DNA from: a virus
Direction: 5' to 3' (one strand)
Length of the DNA stretch: 64,000 nucleotides
IMG/VR virus record: IMGVR_UViG_3300042898_001439
Coordinates: 14,726 to 78,725 of that record
Below are positions 8,251-16,800 of the stretch, piece by piece. Both the position numbers and the translations under genes were made by a program. The notes beneath the pieces were generated by a model that saw nothing but the letters and a program-made list of their open reading frames with translations, was not told the DNA's origin and made no database searches. How positions within the stretch are numbered: the first letter of the stretch is position 1; every line of letters begins with the position of its first letter.

Positions 8251-9064
8251 AGTTACATCCTATTGAAAGTATATAGGGAGTTGCCTTACGAAACCCAATA
8301 GTTTTGTCTGAAGGAGAGTATGTGTAGCAGCTTCTAAGTTTACTACCAAACATAAATTTCTCAGTTAATTTATATTTTAATGAAGCTCCGTAGTATGCAT
8401 TAAGATTAAAATCATCCCAGTACCAGATGTCTAGTGCACCCTCAAAGTCGTCTAAATTAAAATAGTGAGTTCTTACAGACGATAGTAAGAATAATTCGGG
8501 TCCTAATACAAATCTCTTATATTCAAATTCTTTCATTGCTATGAGCATCCCACTGTATTTTGTATAGGATGCCGCAGGATAAAATTGCTCAAATAAATAA
8601 AAATCATCGTGAGTGTTATCTCTAATAAATAAGGTATATCCAAGTTTGGTATTATTCTTAAACTCGTAAATTTGATTAAAATAAGGGCTTACCACTACAG
8701 CCGAATGGTCAGCAAACGCTGATACTGTTACTCCGTATGTGGTTGTTCTATCTATATTCTTAAGAGTCTTAGCTCTAGTATGACTGTATCCTACTTTTGT
8801 GTACTTAAAAAAAGGAGTATTGGATGCAAATATTCCATTTGTTACATTCTCTTTACCCCATTCATAGGTTAGGTTGTAACTCAATATCCTCATATCACCT
8901 AGGTACCCAACTGATACGTTAGAGCTACTCATAACATCATTATCAAAATCAATATACTGTATTGAAGTAACATCAGATATAGTCTGAGTATTCCCAGAAG
9001 TTTGAGAATACGCCTGTATTGATACCGACAGTATAAAAATCAAGCTTAAAATAAACTTTCTCAT
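8240..9064 (-). CDS. Putative outer-membrane beta-barrel protein
   Basis: Signal peptide (AYS/Q), alternating aromatic/hydrophobic strands, C-terminal YILSIGCNYDF (BAM-type terminal Phe). Confidence 0.7.
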   Translation of the reverse strand: MRKFILSLIFILSVSIQAYSQTSGNTQTISDVTSIQYIDFDNDVMSSSNVSVGYLGDMRILSYNLTYEWGKENVTNGIFASNTPFFKYTKVGYSHTRAKTLKNIDRTTTYGVTVSAFADHSAVVVSPYFNQIYEFKNNTKLGYTLFIRDNTHDDFYLFEQFYPAASYTKYSGMLIAMKEFEYKRFVLGPELFLLSSVRTHYFNLDDFEGALDIWYWDDFNLNAYYGASLKYKLTEKFMFGSKLRSCYTYSPSDKTIGFRKATPYILSIGCNYDF

Positions 9065-10515
9065 AGTAACATCTTTGTTCCGGTTGATAACTGAAAGTTA
9101 AGAATATCTGCGTTGTATTGGTATGCTCCTGAGAATGAGATACTCCACTTAAACTTATCGGTAAGTTTAAAGTCAACGCTTGCTAGGGGTACAATAAGAA
9201 ACCCGGATTTGTACCATTGTCCTTCGTAGTAAAAGATATAAGGTGAGTATACACCTAGAGCCATTATGTTAGCAGATAAAGTCTTACCCCCTTTAAAACT
9301 AGTGAATGTTCCTCCTACTACAGATAAGTTTTGAAACTCAGATTTACCTATCTGACCTAGAGTAAAATTAGCTCCGCCCATAAAAGTAAACTTCCAAAGT
9401 TTTTGTGCACTTAGCAGAGTTACTGTGTTAAACCAGTCAGATTTAAAATCAGTCATAAAAGAATTGGAACCCACCGCCATGAAATCTTTTTTCTTATAGG
9501 ACCCATACAAAGTGAGATTGCTTATATTTTCTCCTGTAGTATAGTTTAGGTTGACACCTTTAATAAAGTTTTGCTTGGTGTTGACGTGAGTAACTGACGT
9601 ATTGAAACGGAAGTTATCATTACGCTTACTGATGTCGTTACCATTACGGATAACAACCATGTCCCCTGAACCAATCAGAGAACCCCTACCAATCTTTTCT
9701 TGCTTTTGTTTTGGTTTATTACCTCCACCACCTCCACCACCGGAGTCTCCAGAACTTTCTGATTCTCCACCCGATGCTGTAGTAGTATTTTCACCGGTAC
9801 CAGACCCACCGGATTCAGATGTAGAGCCACCTTGTGCAGTACCACCACTTCCGGTGCTACCGCCACCTTCTACTCCTCCTTGTGGTTGTCCTCCACCGGA
9901 ACCACCAGACCCTGAGTTTCCTCCAGAACTGCCACCAGAAGAAGAACCACCAGATCCAGAGCCACCAGAGCCTGAAGAACCTGAAGAACCGCCTGTTGGA
10001 GGTTTGGTTCCAGATCCGCTTGAACTGCCAGTATTGCCACCACCGCTAGTAGCACCATTTTCACCAGTATTATCACCTGAGTTTTCACCACCTGAACCGC
10101 CTGTATTACCTGTTGATATTGAACCTGAACTTACGCTACCCCCTCCGAGACTGCCCGCGATGGAAGTGCTAATAGAGACAATACCGCTAACACTATTTGC
10201 TGTGTTTGTACCGATGTTTGCGTTACTATTATTAGCGTTAGAAGAACCATTACCTGCACAAGGGTTGCTACCTGGAGGAAACTGAGTATTAATTTGAGCA
10301 ATCCAATTTTCATAAGCTCCTGATTGAAGTTGAGCTGCTGTAAAAGTTTGGTATTGCCCAGCATAAAACATCACCACTGTCCCAGATGTCTGAGACAGGA
10401 TGACTGACTGTAGCACTCCCGTACAAGGATCCGTATAATTGTAAGTAAATGTTTGTGCTTGCAACCCTATACATCCCAGCAGAAATAATAATAATATTTT
10501 GAATTTACCATTCAT
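9061..10515 (-). CDS. Secreted protein: N-terminal domain, Gly/Ser-rich linker, C-terminal putative beta-barrel
   Basis: Signal peptide (LQA/Q), paired Cys (DPC...NPC), ~140 aa G/S linker, amphipathic strands ending FQLSTGTKMLL. Confidence 0.65.
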   Translation of the reverse strand: MNGKFKILLLFLLGCIGLQAQTFTYNYTDPCTGVLQSVILSQTSGTVVMFYAGQYQTFTAAQLQSGAYENWIAQINTQFPPGSNPCAGNGSSNANNSNANIGTNTANSVSGIVSISTSIAGSLGGGSVSSGSISTGNTGGSGGENSGDNTGENGATSGGGNTGSSSGSGTKPPTGGSSGSSGSGGSGSGGSSSGGSSGGNSGSGGSGGGQPQGGVEGGGSTGSGGTAQGGSTSESGGSGTGENTTTASGGESESSGDSGGGGGGGNKPKQKQEKIGRGSLIGSGDMVVIRNGNDISKRNDNFRFNTSVTHVNTKQNFIKGVNLNYTTGENISNLTLYGSYKKKDFMAVGSNSFMTDFKSDWFNTVTLLSAQKLWKFTFMGGANFTLGQIGKSEFQNLSVVGGTFTSFKGGKTLSANIMALGVYSPYIFYYEGQWYKSGFLIVPLASVDFKLTDKFKWSISFSGAYQYNADILNFQLSTGTKMLL

Positions 10516-11251
10516 ATTGGTCCATGCGTTTCATAAGGTTTACCGTGGCAACCTCTAACGCACGTTGTGTAGACACACCCACCGTTGACTGATCAAAGCC
10601 CATAGTGGGATTCTTAAAGAAGCCCTCACCAACCTGAGTAGAAGTTCCTTGACCAGATGCAACAATATATTGAGAGTTATCTACATTAACCATCTTAATT
10701 TGAATACCGATGATGGTAGTATTAGTTTTCTGAAGTTTTCCTTTATCATAAGTTTCTCCATAAGACGTAGAAAATTCATAGATCTCAGCGTAGACAATGT
10801 ACTTAGGTAGAACTACCGAGCCTACGTTAAGCTTGGTTCTACCATCACCCATGTCATTGAGATCTTTCTCCCATACATCAAGCATTTGATTAACGATAGC
10901 TTCTTTTTCTTCCGCATAGAGAAATCTCTGAGTTACCTCAAAGTTCTCTATAATACGGTTAGATACACCCATACCAACTCTTTTGTCTCTAAGCTCCGGA
11001 AACATCTCCCAGAGTTCTTTATTAACGTTAAGAGTGGCTATTTGAATTACTTTTTTCTCACCAGTGAATACAGGAAATGTATTTAGAGGTTGAGCTTTTT
11101 CAAATTCAGCTTGGTATTGTGTAGTAGCAATAGAAGAAGAGCAAGATGTAGCTAAACCTCCTATAGTGAGAAGGCCAACCGTGATAATCACAATTCCAAG
11201 AATACTTGCAGCTATTGCAATGTATTCTTCTTTTTTAGTTTGATGTTCCAT
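10505..11251 (-). CDS. CsgG-family (curli assembly/transport-like) lipoprotein
   Basis: ATG at 11251; hydrophobic signal with LATS/C lipobox; RF..AE, YIVYAEIYEF, IGIQIKMVNVDNSQYIVASGQG and terminal helix match the CsgG layout. Confidence 0.7.
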   Translation of the reverse strand: MEHQTKKEEYIAIAASILGIVIITVGLLTIGGLATSCSSSIATTQYQAEFEKAQPLNTFPVFTGEKKVIQIATLNVNKELWEMFPELRDKRVGMGVSNRIIENFEVTQRFLYAEEKEAIVNQMLDVWEKDLNDMGDGRTKLNVGSVVLPKYIVYAEIYEFSTSYGETYDKGKLQKTNTTIIGIQIKMVNVDNSQYIVASGQGTSTQVGEGFFKNPTMGFDQSTVGVSTQRALEVATVNLMKRMDQYEW

Positions 11252-11627
11252 CTTTAGCTGCTTTATCTTTTTTAAGTCTTGCAATACGCTCAGCAGTAGT
11301 TTCTTTCTTTTCTTCTACTGGTGCAGCAGGTTGTGCAGCAGGTACTTCACGTACAGTTTCTTTAATTACTGTAGTATGTGACGATGCAGCTTGTTGTTGC
11401 TCAGGAACATTGATAGTAATAGCAGGACCAGATACGTTAACGCTCTGATTGTTGGACTGCTCTACAGGAGCTACTTGTTCAGTAGCGGCTCCTCCCTCTT
11501 CTTCTATACCTAGAATGGTATTGATCTGAGTAGTAGCCCAGATACCTACTCCGGTAACGGCTGTTCCTAGTACTCCTAGAATTGTTTTCTTTAAACCGGA
11601 CATTCCTCCTTCTTGATCTTCGCTCAT
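11235..11627 (-). CDS. Single-pass membrane protein with low-complexity Q/A/P/E tail
   Basis: N-terminal TM (TILGVLGTAVTGVGIWAT) followed by a disordered-looking region. Confidence 0.7.
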   Translation of the reverse strand: MSEDQEGGMSGLKKTILGVLGTAVTGVGIWATTQINTILGIEEEGGAATEQVAPVEQSNNQSVNVSGPAITINVPEQQQAASSHTTVIKETVREVPAAQPAAPVEEKKETTAERIARLKKDKAAKDGTSN

Positions 11628-11633
11628 GGTTTC

Positions 11634-13562
11634 TTAGTATTTAATAATTTTGTAAAACTTCTCTCTATCGTTAGTTGTCAGCTTTATGATGTAAATACCA
11701 TTAGGAAGATCACCGAACCAAATACCTTGAGTTTGGAAACCTCTTTCAGTAATTTTACTAGAAACTGACTTAACAATCTGACCTTGAGAGTTAAGAACCA
11801 GACCGCTAAAGTTTGTAAAGTCTTCAATGTAAAAGTCTACAACTAACCAGTGGTTGGTAAGATCAGTTACAGGATTAGGATAAGTAATAAATCCAGTAAG
11901 AAGAGCAAGAGTCCGCTCATCCATTTCTGCTCTACCGTTAATTACAGAGCCGTCATTAGGGGAAGGACGGATAGACATATCGTAAGCATTCTCATCACCT
12001 GCAGCTTTATTAAAGATTGCAAGAGGAGAAGTTCTCCATCCAAGAATAGACTTAACTGCAAATCTGAAAGTAAATACTTGAGATGGCCCTTGAAGAAGAG
12101 CAGGATTCATCTTATCTTCGTGACCAGCCCAGAATACACCACCATCTTTAAACGTCATAAATGATGTCCACTTTGAAGCAGAATCTCCCATATTCAGAGA
12201 CACAAACTCAAACACCGCAGTATCATACTGGATCCCCATCTGCAGAGCTCCAACCTTATTACCAAACGTGTACACTGTCACAGGTACATCAATGTAGTTA
12301 TCAGTTGTTACAATAAGTTTAGGAATTCTAAACTCAATTGAGTCTGGCTTATTAGAGAGGTATACTGCCGGATCAAGAATGTAATCTGTACCAGATCCAG
12401 GGTTTACCATCTTAGCAAGAATAGTTGCAGGGTTGTTGTATCCTGAAGTTGTGGCATCACCTACTACATAGATGTACGGTCTAAGACTATCCATACTATT
12501 AACAATAGTATCAATTGAATATACTCTAGGTACGTTTGTCCAGTTAGGAGCAGCTACGGCGGCATTTGCAGTTGCCCACTCAGAAGGCCAAAGAACTGAA
12601 ACGTTGTTTACTCCCGTAAAGAGTTGATCCCAACCTGTCTGACCTAGAGCAAGTCTGTTAAATACAGCAAATGCATCAGACACTGTTACAGACTGGCTCT
12701 CGTTAATATCACCCTCGTAGTACTCAATACCACCTAAAGTATCTTGAGAAGATACATGGTTAGCCAATTTGTAAGCATCTACAATAGTTAGAGCCCCGCC
12801 ATCAGACATAGAGTCTGTTTGTGCAGAGATCTTCATATGCCAGTAGTTTGTATCAAGCGGATGAGTAAACTCTACTAAACCTGTAGCATTAGTTGAGTCA
12901 GTAGTAATTGATTGCCAAGTAGCAAGAGGTGTTGATTTAAGTCTTTTCTTAGCAGAAAACCAAACACCTTGAGCAGGTGAACTATCAGCGTTTCTAACCT
13001 TTACAGGAAACGTCATCGGAGTCATTTGGAAAGCACCACCGTAGCTGTAGAGCTCAAGGTTTACATCAGTACCGTTACCAATTGTTGCCAGATTAGTGTA
13101 ATTACTAGATCCTGAAATTGCCATAGAGGTAGCTACACCATTATATGCACCAGAATGAAAAAGACGAAGCTTAAACATAGCTCCGTCTGCCCAGTCAAAG
13201 TTTGGCGTAGAACCAGTATATGACGCTACTACGTTAATGTATCCAGCATTTGTAAAATAAGAACCGTACTTATCGGCGATGGGTTGTGCTGTTGGTCCCC
13301 AAAACATGACAGCGTTTGAAAACTTAGCATTGTCATAGAAGAGTCGGAACTGTACAGCCTTTACAGAAGTAGCGGTAGGGTTGGCAAAGTGAACGTATAC
13401 ATCTGTGTACGTTGCCGGATAGTTGTCCAGTGTAAATAGAGTATCTACAAGGATATAAGGGTTGTTACTTGCGGGTGCTACAAGTATTTCATTAGCACCG
13501 TTTTGAGCAAGAAGACTTAAAGAAATAAGAGAAGTTGAAAGACTCCACCAGAACTTTTTCAT
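11634..13562 (-). CDS. Cohesin-dockerin-cohesin protein with type IX secretion C-terminal sorting domain
   Basis: Signal peptide MKKFWW...LLA/Q; cohesin-like VKAVQFRLFYD and VPVTV...VGALQMGIQYD; dockerin-like LTIVDAY...GDINESQSVTVSDA; CTD YPNPV...LPNGIYIIKL...KIIKY. Confidence 0.8.
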   Translation of the reverse strand: MKKFWWSLSTSLISLSLLAQNGANEILVAPASNNPYILVDTLFTLDNYPATYTDVYVHFANPTATSVKAVQFRLFYDNAKFSNAVMFWGPTAQPIADKYGSYFTNAGYINVVASYTGSTPNFDWADGAMFKLRLFHSGAYNGVATSMAISGSSNYTNLATIGNGTDVNLELYSYGGAFQMTPMTFPVKVRNADSSPAQGVWFSAKKRLKSTPLATWQSITTDSTNATGLVEFTHPLDTNYWHMKISAQTDSMSDGGALTIVDAYKLANHVSSQDTLGGIEYYEGDINESQSVTVSDAFAVFNRLALGQTGWDQLFTGVNNVSVLWPSEWATANAAVAAPNWTNVPRVYSIDTIVNSMDSLRPYIYVVGDATTSGYNNPATILAKMVNPGSGTDYILDPAVYLSNKPDSIEFRIPKLIVTTDNYIDVPVTVYTFGNKVGALQMGIQYDTAVFEFVSLNMGDSASKWTSFMTFKDGGVFWAGHEDKMNPALLQGPSQVFTFRFAVKSILGWRTSPLAIFNKAAGDENAYDMSIRPSPNDGSVINGRAEMDERTLALLTGFITYPNPVTDLTNHWLVVDFYIEDFTNFSGLVLNSQGQIVKSVSSKITERGFQTQGIWFGDLPNGIYIIKLTTNDREKFYKIIKY

Positions 13563-13606
13563 GTGCAAATAGCATTATAAGTTTCATAAAAGTTGTTGGT
13601 TTATCT

Positions 13607-13624
13607 CACATATAAGATACAAAA
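13607..13624 (-). promoter_or_regulatory. Putative phage late promoter motif heading the envelope operon
   Basis: TTTTGTATCTTATATGTG. Confidence 0.5.
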
Positions 13625-13784
13625 TGTTAGTCAAAGTCCTTATCTTTAACCACAAATTTTTCCATTATGACACAGTTAAGTTTTCTTTTTTTACCTAAAA
13701 ACCAATTATTGGTAGGCATCAACCACAGTGTTGAAGAAGGAGAAACAAGCGTAAACACATCGTTTCGTGTTCACACTTTACAAC

Positions 13785-13833
13785 TAGGGCTCTTTTTCTT
13801 TATTCTACAGCTAGTTAGAATTAAAGAGTCCTA
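13785..13833 (-). other. Hairpin immediately after the 1789-aa gene
   Basis: TAGGGCTCTTT pairs with AAAGAGTCCTA; inner ATTCTA/TAGAAT. Confidence 0.5.
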
Positions 13834-13834
13834 A

Positions 13835-16800
13835 TTATTTATTTCTAGCTTCAATGCTTATGAAGGTTTTTATACCTTCACTAGGATCTACAGTTGTTCC
13901 TTTTATACCAACAAGTTTTGCAGTGTGATTCAAAACCTTGGCATCACCCTTTTGTTGGAATTCAAATGGTCCCATATCTCTACCATAGAAAGCTCTATCA
14001 TCCTCACCAGCTAACTGCATTACGTCATTAATAATGCTTCCGTAAGCACCAAAGGTTGGAGCAATTACAATAGAACTAGCATCTAATAGATTAGCATAAT
14101 CAGTTAATCCAAAACTATACTGAGTTCCTTTATAGGCAACCGTAGGTAAAGGAATAAACTGTCTATTCTCAGCTTGAACAAGCATAGTTTGGTAAAGAGC
14201 ATGGTTCATTAACCAGCCACCAAGATCAAATTCATATTCTGATTCTGCTACACCGGGTAGTTGGAGCGGTCCACTTCTTTTTCTAAGCTTTTCATATTTG
14301 TCCTCATCATCAAGGTCAAATCCAAAGGCAAACGTAGAGATAAGAGTAAGAGCCATCAATTGACCAATTTCAGCAACAGTTTTAAGAGCTCCTCTTTTTT
14401 CTGATTCGGTAAAGTAAAAACCACCTTGACCAAGTCCACGCATTAGAGATACAAAGAAGTTTCCGAATTCTTTGTAGTAACCAGCGCTAACCTCAGCACC
14501 AGCTGCATTGAATCTTCTGTTACCAAATCTATGCATAAACATAGAAGTAAAATATCTTCTAAGGAATGATACAAATCTAAATGCTAGATATCTCTGTGCT
14601 TCTGGTTGATCAAACTGGGCATAAGTACCTTGAAGCTTATTCATAAGATCGTGAGTCTTATTTACAAACAGCTTAAAGTTTTTACCACCTTTATCCCAGC
14701 TTTTATCTACTCCTTCTTTAAGAGTTAATTGTCCATCAACAATGTCCCAAGCGTCTACATAGTCAATCATTCTTGTTTCACCGTTCTGGGTAAATTCAAT
14801 CTTTTGACCGTGCATCATAGAGAAGAAGAATTCCATTGAACCTTCAAGTTCCAAAACCTTTCTTGGAGAGAATAGTACTGAGCCTTCAGATAAATCTCTA
14901 AGCAAAGTTCTAGAACCAAGGTCTGCCATCTTCTGCTCAAATCTTCCTTGTACTGGATCAAACACTTCAACAAGTTGCACATTCAAACTCTTAGGGCCCT
15001 TTTTATAAATCTGAGAAGATATCTCACTAGTTACTTGCCAACCTTTAAGCTTTCCCTTAGTATAGTCTTTAGAACTAAAATTACTACCACCAATTGCTTC
15101 AATGTTATTTTGAATGATTGCACCAAAGCGGTTCTTTAAAGCTGAAGGAATGTTACCTGCAAAGAATCTAAATGAAGCCAGACCAAATAAAGTACTAGAT
15201 ACTTTTTGTATAGTAGTGCTTTCTGAACCAAGACCGGTAAACTTAATACCTTCAAATTCTCTTTCAATAAGATTATCAATAGCCTTAGCTCTTACAGATT
15301 CACCTTTCTTAGTAATTGGAGATATAATTCCCCTGTAGATATAAGCAGATCTGTTTACTTTACCCATGTCTTTAACTCCATTTCTAGGATCTTTAAGAAC
15401 CTTTTGAAGCGCTTTAACATGGGGGTTAATCTCAATCAATTTCTTTTGTCGCTCTACACTTGCCATGTACTTGACCATAGAACCAACAACATCAAGAGAT
15501 ACTTGGTCTATATCAAGACGGTATTTACCTGCAACAGGGATACCGCTGATTTCATTGTCAAACATGTCTGCAGATACAAGATCAAAGTTTTCCTGGGTAA
15601 AGTTGTATCCATCTTCAGCATCGTCAGCAGCTCCTACAAACTGGGATTTGAGAGCTTTAGCTATAGAGGTAATGGCGCCTACTTTTTCTTTACCCTTCTC
15701 TGCAAGATTTGTAGTTCTGATAAACTCAAGGTTATGCTTTCTAAATCTTGGGATCTCTAAATACAGCTTAGCAGACTTATTAGCACCCAACTGATTCTCT
15801 AAATGAACTTTACTAAGTGATTCTAAAGCTGCAAACTTTTCCGGACTGTTCTTTCTAAGAGCTTCGTAATCTTGATTAATATACTTATCATCAATAGCTC
15901 CCTGCTGAACAGTCTTAGGTAGCCAGTAACCTCTGTTATCTACAGTCTCACCAACTACTTTCTTAGTTCTATACTGATCTTTAACTCTTGCATAGAAGAA
16001 TTCTCTTTTGGGTATTCCCTGAACAACTTCTCCAGTGCTAAGCTCAGTAGTCTTAACAAATTCTTTTGCCGGAACGTTTCTATTCCAAGCAAAGAGTCTT
16101 TGATATTTAGTTACTTCTTCTCCTGTACTGTAATCAAAGCGCTTAACTTGAACATGATTAGCTTCATACCAAGCTTTAAACTCTGGTGAAGCTTTTAGCA
16201 ACGGATTAACAATAGTTGGTTGAAGGAGTAGATCAGCTGTTCTGTTGTTTACAGACTTAAACAGTACAGAGTTCATCTCAGGATTGTTGAATCTAACCTG
16301 CTGGATCTTTTCATTTGCCAGTTCTACATAGTAATCTGTAGCAACTTTTGATTGCAGTTTACTAAGTTCAGAGTAAAGAGCGGACAATCTTCCTTTGTCA
16401 CGCATTGTCATACGAGACATTTCCTTAGCTTGAAGAAGTACAGACATCTCGTCAATCTCTTCATCAGTAAGTTCTCTTTGTTCTTTCTGCTCAAGAAGTT
16501 CTTGAAGTCTATCAAACTCTGATACGGTAAGTCCGCTAACTTGAGCAAGCTTATCTCTAAGAAGAATGGCTTTTTCCTGAAGAGTTTTGATCTCCTCAAT
16601 TCTAGCATCAGACATATCAGTCCCTACAATCTGACCATCCTCATCTTTAAAACCAGAGACAAGATCTACAATATCATTATAGGTATCAGACACCTCTTTT
16701 GAGAGTTGACCTGACCCAGGATACTTGCTTAGAATCTGAGAAATCTCAGAGCTTGCTCTTTGCTTTCTTTCGTAATACTCAGAATCAACAGCATATCTAG

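Noticed and set aside
9602-10285. 227-aa Pro/Glu-rich ORF on the + strand
   Set aside because: Antisense shadow of the Gly/Ser linker codons of the 9061-10515 gene.
6650-13562. Host chromosomal DNA or chimeric assembly
   Set aside because: Same strand, tight gene packing and the same intergenic promoter motif on both sides; no integrase or att-like boundary. Read-level confirmation is still advisable.
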